This document shows positions 1 through 7,455 of a stretch of DNA of 64,000 nt, piece after piece. The stretch comes from Candidatus Nomurabacteria bacterium GW2011_GWD2_36_14 (GTDB lineage Bacteria; Patescibacteriota; Minisyncoccia; Phycocordibacterales; UBA9973). A model generated the notes under the pieces. It did no database searches. It had not been told where the DNA came from and saw only the letters and a list, made by a program, of their open reading frames with translations. Location: the NCBI GenBank assembly GCA_000991405.1, contig LBRL01000001.1:527989-591988 (forward strand). Reading direction: 5' to 3'. A program made the translations under genes and the position numbers. Positions within the stretch are counted from its first letter, which is position 1, and every line of letters starts with the position of its first letter.

Positions 1-122
1 AATAATAAATTAAAACCAAACAAGTTAGAACAAAACTAAAGATATTATACAACTTATCGTCATTTAAGTATATTTGAGAGCTTTTTGACAAAAAGGCTTT
101 TGCCATATAAACTAGGTTCATT

Positions 123-1211
123 ATGGTAAAAACAACAATTAAAAAATTAGAAAAAAGTGAGGTTGAAATTACAGGCGTTTTAGAATGGGTAGAGTTTGAA
201 GCATATGAAGCTAAGGCTCTCGAAAGAATCGGCGAAAGAATGGAACTCCCAGGCTTCCGTAAGGGCAAGGCTCCTGCCACAATCATTAAAGAAAACGTAC
301 AAGAAATGCCTCTTCTAGAAGAAATGGCGGAGGTGGCCTTGCAAGAGAATTATATAAAAATAATTGAAGAGAACAAGATTGATGCTATCGGCCGTCCTCA
401 AATAGCTATTACCAAAATAGCGAAAGGTTCAGACTTAGAATTCAAAATCACAACAGCCGTCTTGCCCGAAATGAAGCTTCCTAATTACAAGAAAATTGCC
501 GGGAAAGAAAATTCAAAAGAAGAAAATAAGAAGGAAGTTGTCGTTGAAGAAGCAGACGTAGAGAAAGTTATAAAAGATCTTCGCAAGATGCGCGCAGAGC
601 AAAATAAGAATAAAGATCACGAAGGTCATGAGAATATGACAGAGGAAGAGCATGCTGCCCTCCACGCTGCGACAGAAGACACTCCTGAAAGTGAATGGCC
701 AGAATGGAACGATGAATTTGCTAAAACATTTGGAGATTTCAAAACTGCCGATGAATTAAAAGAAAAAATCAAATCAAATATTAAAACAGAAAAAACTATT
801 GAGCAGAAAGACAAAGTTCGTCTTTCTATCGTCGAAGAGCTTGTGAAACAAACAGAAGGAGAAATTCCAGAAATATTGATTCAAAGTGAAACAGACAAAA
901 TGCTCTACAAGCTTGAAGCCGATATCACCAATATTGGATTTAAAGTTGAAGATTACTTAAAACAAATCAATAAAACAGAAGCAGACTTAAGAGGAGAATG
1001 GCGTGCTGATGCAGAAAAACGTGCGAAACTCCAAATGATCATCCACACAATTTCAGAAAAAGAAAATCTTAAACCAACAGAAGAAGAAATCGAAGCAGAT
1101 GTTGTAAAAATCACAGAAATGTACAAAGACGCCGACCCATCCCGCGCCCGCGCTTACGTAGAACAAATGCTAGAAAATGAAAAAGTATTTCACTTTTTAG
1201 AACAACAGTAG
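123..1211 (+). CDS. tig: Trigger factor (short form; no obvious PPIase insert)
   Basis: 362-aa ORF whose N-terminus resembles the trigger-factor ribosome-binding region (MVKTTIKKLEKSEVEITGVLEWVEF...GFRKGKAP); the C-terminal chaperone-arm region follows. It lies immediately upstream of clpP, as in the conserved tig-clpP arrangement. Confidence 0.8.
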   Translation: MVKTTIKKLEKSEVEITGVLEWVEFEAYEAKALERIGERMELPGFRKGKAPATIIKENVQEMPLLEEMAEVALQENYIKIIEENKIDAIGRPQIAITKIAKGSDLEFKITTAVLPEMKLPNYKKIAGKENSKEENKKEVVVEEADVEKVIKDLRKMRAEQNKNKDHEGHENMTEEEHAALHAATEDTPESEWPEWNDEFAKTFGDFKTADELKEKIKSNIKTEKTIEQKDKVRLSIVEELVKQTEGEIPEILIQSETDKMLYKLEADITNIGFKVEDYLKQINKTEADLRGEWRADAEKRAKLQMIIHTISEKENLKPTEEEIEADVVKITEMYKDADPSRARAYVEQMLENEKVFHFLEQQ

Positions 1212-1330
1212 AAATAGTTCCACAAGATTATTAAAATTTTCCCCGCTTTACCCAGAGTACTGGGCTCCGACACGGATAAAAATTTCAACAATCTTGCTTC
1301 ACTTAATATTTAATATGTTATAATAAATAT

Positions 1331-1921
1331 ATGTTAATCCCAACCGTAATAGAAAAGTCACAGTTCGGAGAAAGAGCCTACGATATATACTCTCGCCTTT
1401 TGAACGATCGTATTATATTCCTTGGTGGGCCAATAGACGACCACACTGCCAACTTAATCATTGCCCAACTCCTTTACTTGGACAATGCTGATTCCAAGAA
1501 AGATATTAGCCTTTATATCAATTCCCCCGGTGGCTCAGTTACCGCTGGACTTGCAATTATAGATACTATGAACTTTATCAAGAGTGACGTTTCCACTATC
1601 TGTGTCGGTATCGCCGCTTCCATGGGAGCACTTATACTTTCATCTGGTAAGAAAGGCAAGAGATTCTCTCTTCCTAATTCTGAAGTTATGATTCACCAAG
1701 TCATGGGTGGTACAGAAGGCCAAGCCAGTGACATTGCTATCAATGCCAAGCACATCCTCCGCACCAAAGACACTCTCAATAAAATCCTCGCACAAAATAC
1801 CAGCAAGAAGATGGACCAAGTCGAGAAAGATTCTGACCGCGACTACTGGATGACAAGCGATGAAGCCAAGAAGTATGGAATCGTCGACGACATCATTTCA
1901 AAACCAAAAACAGGAAAATAA
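1331..1921 (+). CDS. clpP: ATP-dependent Clp protease proteolytic subunit
   Basis: 196-aa ORF with the ClpP signature regions ([42 protein letters not shown], catalytic Ser context [20 protein letters not shown]). Confidence 0.95.
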   Translation: MLIPTVIEKSQFGERAYDIYSRLLNDRIIFLGGPIDDHTANLIIAQLLYLDNADSKKDISLYINSPGGSVTAGLAIIDTMNFIKSDVSTICVGIAASMGALILSSGKKGKRFSLPNSEVMIHQVMGGTEGQASDIAINAKHILRTKDTLNKILAQNTSKKMDQVEKDSDRDYWMTSDEAKKYGIVDDIISKPKTGK

Positions 1922-1940
1922 TAAAATGGTTTTTTAGAAA

Positions 1941-2060
1941 AAGTCGAAAGATAGTTCTTGAAGAGGGGCCGGCGGAGGCTGTCGAGCCGAGCAATGAGCA
2001 AATTTCTAGCAAGAAATTATGCGGACCCTCTGAGAGAAGCTATCTTTCGACTTTTTTATA
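1941..2060 (+). repeat. GC-rich repeat family B, copy 1 (hairpin element / likely intrinsic terminator of clpP)
   Basis: The outer inverted repeat aaagtcgaaagatag...ctatctttcgacttt encloses the GC-rich core gaggggccggcggaggctgtcgagccgagcaatgagcaaatttctagcaagaaattatgcggaccctctga, followed by a T-run. Near-identical cores are at 13969-14066, 32709-32810 and 59727-59825 (reverse complement). Confidence 0.8.
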
Positions 2061-2290
2061 ATTTTACTTCAGGCCTAGACAAAAGTCCCATTTTGGAGTA
2101 TATTGAGGATATCGAAATTTAAAAGTTTTTATTTACATGTTCGCTTTTTTAATGCAGTTACGACATCTATTTTATTTATGAACCAAATGCCTGAATCAAA
2201 ATTCCGTTCTAAACTAATCATACTTGTTCAATTTTAATCCTTTAAATAATAGGGTTTAATCCTGTGTTGTAAAAGCGACAAAAAGTCGCC

Positions 2291-3817
2291 ATGAGTATAA
2301 CATTAATAATCATATCCGCAGCTGCCCTACTTGTAGGAGTTGGTGTCGGGTATTATTTGCGTCTCATTGTCTCACTTGGTCAGAAAGGTTCTATGGAACT
2401 TGAAATCAAGAAGGTAATGCTGTCTGCAAAGGAGGATGCCCAGAAGATTGTAGATGAGGCCAAGAAGAAGGGAGAAGCCCATCTAGCTGAAGTCAACAAA
2501 GAAACAAAGGTCAAAGAAGAAGAATGGAAGCACACAGAGAATCGTCTTATCAAGAAAGATGAACTCCTAGATGCTCGCCAAACTGAAATAGATAAAGAAG
2601 TAGAAAAGATAAAAGTAAAGGTAGAAGAAGTAAAGAAGATTAAGGAGCGTGTCGATGGCATGGAAGCAGAGAAAGAAAAAGAGCTTGAGAAAGTTGCTCG
2701 CCTTTCTGTCGACGAAGCCAAGGAAATTCTTTTCAAAGATATTGAAGAAAAGTATGAGGAGGACTTACTCATCCGTATGCAAAAGATGGAAAGTTCCAAC
2801 GCCGAGAAGCTTGATCGTCGTGCCAAGGATATTCTTTCGGCAAGTATCAACCGTCTAGCATCTTCTACTGCCAGTGAAATGATGACTACATCGGTCAACA
2901 TTCCCAACGATGATATTAAAGGAAAGATTATAGGTAAAGAAGGCCGAAACATCCGTGCGTTTGAGAAGGCTTCGGGCGTAGAGCTTATTATTGACGAGAC
3001 TCCGGGTGCTATCGTCATATCATCCTTTGATCCAGTACGCCGTCAGGTTGCTCGCCTAGCGCTTGAGAACCTTATACTAGACGGACGTATTCAGCCTGCC
3101 AAGATTGAGGAAGTCGTAGCTAAAGCCCAAGAAGATATCAATAAAATTATTAAAGACAAGGGTGACCAAGCTGTATACGAGTGTGGCATCTTTAACCTAG
3201 ACCCTCGTATTAGTGCTATTGTCGGACGTTTATACTTCCGTACATCATATGGGCAGAACGTTCTCCAACACTCTATAGAAATGGCTCACATAGCCGGAAT
3301 GCTTGCTGAGGAACTCGGTGCGGACGTCCAGATAGCCAAGGCTGGAGCACTCGTCCACGATATAGGTAAAGCTCTCGACCACGAAGTACAAGGTACCCAT
3401 ATAGACATAGGTATCCGAATCCTTCAGAAGTTCAAGGCCGACCCTAGGATTATCGTAGCTATGAAGAGTCACCACGACGATACTCCTCATGAATCTATTG
3501 AAGCTGTAATAGTTCAGACTGCCGACCATATCTCAGGAGGTCGCCCAGGAGCAAGACGCGACAGTGTCGAGAACTATATCAAGCGCCTACAAGAGCTAGA
3601 AGCACTCGCAACAAGCTTTGAAGGAGTAGAAAAGTCTTATGCTCTGTCAGCTGGCCGTGAAATCCGCATATTCGTTACCCCAGAGAGAGTTGGCGACGTC
3701 GCTGCTAAAGAAATGGCTCGTGAAATCGCCAAGAAGATAGAGCAAGAGCTCACTTACCCAGGCGAAATCCGCGTCACAGTTATCCGCGAAAACAGAATTA
3801 TCGAATACGCAAGATAA
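2291..3817 (+). CDS. rny: Ribonuclease Y
   Basis: 508 aa with an N-terminal TM helix, a coiled-coil region, a KH domain (GKIIGKEGRNIRAFEKASGVELIID) and an HD domain (LVHDIGKA...HH). Confidence 0.95.
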   Translation: MSITLIIISAAALLVGVGVGYYLRLIVSLGQKGSMELEIKKVMLSAKEDAQKIVDEAKKKGEAHLAEVNKETKVKEEEWKHTENRLIKKDELLDARQTEIDKEVEKIKVKVEEVKKIKERVDGMEAEKEKELEKVARLSVDEAKEILFKDIEEKYEEDLLIRMQKMESSNAEKLDRRAKDILSASINRLASSTASEMMTTSVNIPNDDIKGKIIGKEGRNIRAFEKASGVELIIDETPGAIVISSFDPVRRQVARLALENLILDGRIQPAKIEEVVAKAQEDINKIIKDKGDQAVYECGIFNLDPRISAIVGRLYFRTSYGQNVLQHSIEMAHIAGMLAEELGADVQIAKAGALVHDIGKALDHEVQGTHIDIGIRILQKFKADPRIIVAMKSHHDDTPHESIEAVIVQTADHISGGRPGARRDSVENYIKRLQELEALATSFEGVEKSYALSAGREIRIFVTPERVGDVAAKEMAREIAKKIEQELTYPGEIRVTVIRENRIIEYAR

Positions 3818-3858
3818 ATAAATAGTAAAAAGTAGAAGGTAGAAAGTTAAAAATGCAT

Positions 3859-4016
3859 AAAACGGCTTGCCCGCACACCCATTTTGCTGTAGCTTTTTTG
3901 TTCTGCCGACAGAATATTTACTTATTTTTGTATTTATTACCTAATATATAGAGTATTATTATTCGTTGTATTGAAAAAGCAGAATAACAGCAAAATGGGT
4001 GTGGGGGCTTGTTTTA
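3859..4016. repeat. Long-loop hairpin element family A, copy 1
   Basis: Left arm aaaacggcttgcccgcacacccattttgctgt and right arm acagcaaaatgggtgtgggggcttgtttt are reverse complements (stem about 20-25 bp with one mismatch) around an AT-rich loop of about 100 nt. Related copies are at 13455-13600, 59047-59200 and 61059-61203. Confidence 0.8.
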
Positions 4017-4137
4017 AAATAACCTTGGTATATAATAGTATTACTCCTATTCAATAGGAACCGTTTGCAAACGGTCGAATATTATTCAACTAGCATTCAT
4101 ATTCTTTTAGAAATAAAATTGTATGAAACTAAAATAA

Positions 4138-4410
4138 ATGAATAAACAAGCTTTAGTAGAATTAGTTCACGAAAAAATCGGCGGTACAAAAGTACAAGCA
4201 GAAGAAGTAGTGAATTCAATGTTTGATGCTATCGTTGCAACTTTGAAAAAAGGAGGCGAAGTATCAATTGCAGGAATCGGAATCTTTTCAGTAAAGGCAC
4301 GTGCAGCCCGCATGGCTCGCAATCCTAAGACTGGAGAGCAAGTTAAAGTTGCTGCAACAACCGTTCCAAAGTTTAGAGCAGCAAAAGCTCTTAAGGACGC
4401 TGTTAAGTAA
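4138..4410 (+). CDS. hup: DNA-binding protein HU
   Basis: The 90-aa ORF shows the HU/IHF fold signature (GIGIFSVKARAARMARNPKTGEQVKV...VPKFRAAKALKDAV). Confidence 0.95.
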   Translation: MNKQALVELVHEKIGGTKVQAEEVVNSMFDAIVATLKKGGEVSIAGIGIFSVKARAARMARNPKTGEQVKVAATTVPKFRAAKALKDAVK

Positions 4411-4528
4411 AAGATTAATATCTTTTATCTCAACTTCGCTCAGACGTCATGAATGAGAATACTCATTCATACGATCATCGCTTGTTGTGAAAATATTTAA
4501 ATTGTTTACACAATTTTTTATATAAAAG

Positions 4529-4562
4529 AAAAACCACTCGATTCTATCTAGAGTGGTTTTTC
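4529..4562. terminator. Rho-independent terminator hairpin (bidirectional, between convergent hup and ZIP genes)
   Basis: aaaaaccactcg-attctatcta-gagtggttttt: GC-containing stem flanked by A/T runs. Confidence 0.6.
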
Positions 4563-4684
4563 TATTGTAAAAAAATAGCGTAGTAAGATTGTTAAAATTA
4601 TTTATCTCGTAGGGCCCCTTTGGGGTAAAGAGGAAATAATTTTAATAATCTTGCGAAGCTTTTTTACAAATATATTTAAAAAAA

Positions 4685-5434
4685 TTATTCTATCAACAGC
4701 AATGCAAGCATTGAAAATACTCCGAGCATTATAATACAAAGCTGAATTATAGAATGCTTAATATCTTTCGTTTTGTGTAATTCTGGAATTAAGTCCGCAA
4801 CAGCTATATATATAAACCCTCCTGCAGCAATAGGAATAAAGATTGACGCTACACCATCTACAATATTTCCAAAAATGAAAACAATCATCAAGCCTAATAT
4901 AGAAGCGAGAGCGGAAAGAAAGTTGAGCCAGAGTGCTCTTTTCTTCGTATAACCTGCATGAATAAGAACAGCGAAGTCCCCTATCTCCTGTGGAATCTCG
5001 TGTAAAACAACAGCAATAGTTGTCGCAATTCCTACATGAGGACTGACAAGGAAACTAGCTCCAATAATTGCTCCGTCTATAAGGTTATGAAATCCATCGG
5101 TAAATAAAACTAACTTCCCTACTGGATGTATGTGCTCTTCATCTTTATCTTCTCCGTGATGGTGCCAGTGGATAAATTTTTCAATTACGAAAAATAGTAA
5201 AATACCAGCAATAACTAAAATGCTAGATAAATTTGATCCTAGATTACCATTGAAAGCTTCGGGAATAATATGAATGAATGCATCTCCAAGCAAAGCTCCT
5301 ATGGCCAAGCTTATAAAAAAGTTAATATACTTTCTTAAGACTTCTTCTTTAAGAGAAAGTGAGAAAACTCCTACCAGTGATACGAGACTTACAACGAGAA
5401 CACTTATAAAGGCATACAGATAATTTATTGTCAT
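4685..5434 (-). CDS. zupT: ZIP-family metal (zinc) transporter, ZupT-like
   Basis: 249 aa with multiple TM helices, a His-rich loop (HWHHHGEDKDEEHIH) and the ZIP signature HEIPQEIGDFAVL. Confidence 0.85.
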   Translation of the reverse strand: MTINYLYAFISVLVVSLVSLVGVFSLSLKEEVLRKYINFFISLAIGALLGDAFIHIIPEAFNGNLGSNLSSILVIAGILLFFVIEKFIHWHHHGEDKDEEHIHPVGKLVLFTDGFHNLIDGAIIGASFLVSPHVGIATTIAVVLHEIPQEIGDFAVLIHAGYTKKRALWLNFLSALASILGLMIVFIFGNIVDGVASIFIPIAAGGFIYIAVADLIPELHKTKDIKHSIIQLCIIMLGVFSMLALLLIE

Positions 5435-5503
5435 AGGATGATTATAGCAGAGAATATAAAAATTGTAATTATTACAAAATATGCTAATATAAGATAGTTA
5501 TAT

Positions 5504-5574
5504 CGGGGTGTAGTATATCGGTAGTATCTATGTTTTGGGAACATAAGGGCCGGGTTCGATTCCCGGCACCCCGA
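5504..5574 (+). tRNA. tRNA-Pro (anticodon UGG), no encoded CCA
   Basis: Cloverleaf by hand: acceptor CGGGGTG/CACCCCG, anticodon stem tatgt/acata, loop tttggga giving anticodon UGG, T-arm ccggg-ttcgatt-cccgg. Confidence 0.8.
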
Positions 5575-5597
5575 CACGGTTTTTTAGTTAAATGTTT

Positions 5598-5668
5598 GCG
5601 GGATTAGTTTATCGGTAAAATAACAGTTTTCCAAACTGTGGTGAAGGGTTCGACTCCCTTATCCCGCA
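5598..5668 (+). tRNA. tRNA-Gly (anticodon UCC), no encoded CCA
   Basis: Acceptor GCGGGAT/ATCCCGC, anticodon stem acagt/actgt with loop tttccaa giving UCC, T-loop ttcgact. Confidence 0.8.
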
Positions 5669-5670
5669 CA

Positions 5671-5707
5671 ATATGAAAAAACACCCTCTAAAGGTGTTTT
5701 TTCATAT
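5671..5707. terminator. Rho-independent terminator after the tRNA pair
   Basis: atatgaaaaaacaccctctaaaggtgttttttcatat: perfect stem with flanking A and T runs (bidirectional). Confidence 0.7.
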
Positions 5708-5885
5708 TGTGCGGGATAGCAAGCCAACTGCTTGGCTTGCGTAAGGGAGGCGAAAAGCTTTTCGTTTTTCGGTATTAACCGAAACGAAAAGGTATACTGT
5801 TCTCGTAGAGAAAGACTCCACCAATCACGCGCCGTAGGGCGAGACTTCACTTATATACTGTCCTCGTAGAGGAAGACTTCCCTTT

Positions 5886-6305
5886 TTAAAGTATTATATT
5901 CTCCATCACTTTCACCCTCGCCTTCCTGTGCTCAATATCTAAATACACAACAAGCAGATCAAACTGCCACTCAATATGTCCCATTCTTTTACTTATAAGA
6001 TACGTCTCTACTACCCTTCTTAATCTTTTAAGTTTCCAAGGGTGCATATTCTCTTCGGGTCTATTTGTTACTGTTTCACCTGAAACAGTATCCAAACTTG
6101 AAACACTCTTGGACTTAACTTCTATAAAATATCTCTTCTCTTCTTTCTGAGCGATTATATCTATTTCCCCCCATTTCTTTGTATAATTCCTTTCTAATAT
6201 AGAAAATCCATGTTTCATGAGAAACGTGCAGGCGACTTCTTCCCCCAATTGCCCTATTTTCTGAGAATTTGAAGTAAAATTCTTCATAAGTGTTTCACGT
6301 GGCAC
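5886..6305 (-). CDS. yraN: YraN-family (UPF0102) predicted endonuclease
   Basis: 139 aa; motifs GEIDIIA and FIEVKSK are typical of the YraN / restriction-endonuclease-like fold. Confidence 0.7.
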   Translation of the reverse strand: MPRETLMKNFTSNSQKIGQLGEEVACTFLMKHGFSILERNYTKKWGEIDIIAQKEEKRYFIEVKSKSVSSLDTVSGETVTNRPEENMHPWKLKRLRRVVETYLISKRMGHIEWQFDLLVVYLDIEHRKARVKVMENIIL

Positions 6306-6549
6306 ACTTTTCTGTCCATAACAGACAAATCATGCCCTTAATCTAATGTATTTTATATTACACCCTTATTTAACAACATATAAATGTTAATGCTCACAAC
6401 ATGTCTCTAAAAATAATATATATAATTAATGTCTTTTATGAACAATACACACATGGTTATACACATATATCTTAATTTTCAAGGCTTTTCAGTGTGTATA
6501 AGGGACGCATAAAGGTCATTTTATAAGCACGATGAATTTATTTATTTTG

Positions 6550-6620
6550 TGCGGATACTGGGAATCGGACCCAGATTTCGTCTTTGGCAAAGACGTATTT
6601 TACCACTAAATTATACCCGC
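6550..6620 (-). tRNA. tRNA-Gly (anticodon GCC), no encoded CCA
   Basis: The reverse complement reads GCGGGTATAATTTAGTGGTAAAATACGTCTTTGCCAAAGACGAAATCTGGGTCCGATTCCCAGTATCCGCA; anticodon loop ttgccaa gives GCC. Confidence 0.8.
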
Positions 6621-6624
6621 GAAT

Positions 6625-7302
6625 TTAAAATTCTAGCCGAGAAGACAATTCCAACCATTTTAAAATTTTCTTCTTAACTACAACAATACTCGATATTATA
6701 CTAATTCCAACTCCATATTGCAACTTTTTTGTTTTTTCTTTACCTTTAATAACTTGAGTTTTATGAAAATTAGAAATAGAGATACCCACTTCACCTGACC
6801 ACTTATTCGTGCATTCATTGGGATCTAAGTCTGGATATATAATTAATGCAATCTTTATATTTTCCTTTGTAATATATAGGTATTTCTCTGCAAATTTTAT
6901 AAATATCTTATGTATATAAAATTCAGAATTACTAACTCTACTCATATTGTTACTTCTTTTATCTCCTTCTCCTGCATAAATCATTAATCCTGCTATAAAT
7001 AAAGGGTCTTTTATAAAGATTTGAAACTCTTTCTCTGCTTCTATTTCTACTTGTTTATATTTATCTGCAAGCATTCTACTTCTGCCTATATGCAATAATT
7101 CCAAACGCTCTGTACTTAATTTAATATTTTTAGTTATATTATTTCTTTTAATATGTGTTGACCATTCTTCATTTCTAAACCAGTCACACAAAGTACTTCT
7201 TGATATATTAATCTCATCTTGAATTTCTCTATATGATTTGCCGTCTCTTCTTAATTTGAATACTAAGTCTTTGTCCTGTCTCATACTAGTACAGTATACC
7301 AC
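6625..7302 (-). CDS. HTH-domain protein with a weak LAGLIDADG-like motif; possible homing-endonuclease-like or mobile-element relic between tRNA genes
   Basis: 225 aa. The N-terminus has a transposase/resolvase-type HTH (LRRDGKSYREIQDEINISRSTLCDWF). The central FIAGLMIYAGEGDK loosely resembles the LAGLIDADG motif. It ends 5 nt from tRNA-Gly(GCC) and lies between tRNA genes. Confidence 0.4.
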   Translation of the reverse strand: MVYCTSMRQDKDLVFKLRRDGKSYREIQDEINISRSTLCDWFRNEEWSTHIKRNNITKNIKLSTERLELLHIGRSRMLADKYKQVEIEAEKEFQIFIKDPLFIAGLMIYAGEGDKRSNNMSRVSNSEFYIHKIFIKFAEKYLYITKENIKIALIIYPDLDPNECTNKWSGEVGISISNFHKTQVIKGKEKTKKLQYGVGISIISSIVVVKKKILKWLELSSRLEF

Positions 7303-7347
7303 AGTGGTTCTGCTTTGAAAAGTAATTAAATAGTGTATAATAAATGT

Positions 7348-7370
7348 ATTAATAATTAATAATTAATAAT
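7348..7370. repeat. (TTAATAA)n heptamer array
   Basis: attaataattaataattaataat immediately upstream of tRNA-Arg. The same heptamer arrays recur at 24301-24396, 42970-43009, 43364-43464, 51050-51158 and 54961-54982. Confidence 0.7.
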
Positions 7371-7442
7371 GCACTCATGGTGAAATGGATATCACGACAG
7401 TCTTCGGAACTGTTATTGGGGGTTCGAATCCCTCTGGGTGCA
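7371..7442 (+). tRNA. tRNA-Arg (anticodon UCG), no encoded CCA
   Basis: Acceptor GCACTCA/TGGGTGC (one G-U pair), D-stem gtga/tcac, anticodon stem acagt/actgt with loop cttcgga giving UCG, T-loop ttcgaat. Confidence 0.75.
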
Positions 7443-7455
7443 CAAATAGTTTCAT

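Noticed and set aside
1212-1330. Possible tRNA or tRNA fragment (ccgacacgg motif shared with the 3-prime flank of tRNA-Pro)
   Set aside because: No cloverleaf could be drawn. Only a 9-nt coincidence with the tRNA-Pro 3-prime flank.
2380-3018. 212-aa antisense ORF inside rny (similar antisense ORFs occur inside pnp, cca, the helicase, xerC and others)
   Set aside because: Ser/Leu/Phe-rich low-complexity translation of the opposite strand of a well-supported conserved gene; typical AT-rich antisense artefact.
5659-5850. 63-aa ORF on the minus strand overlapping the tRNA terminator and the direct-repeat region
   Set aside because: It overlaps a strong terminator hairpin and the tRNA-Gly 3-prime end, and has no start context, so it is most likely non-coding.
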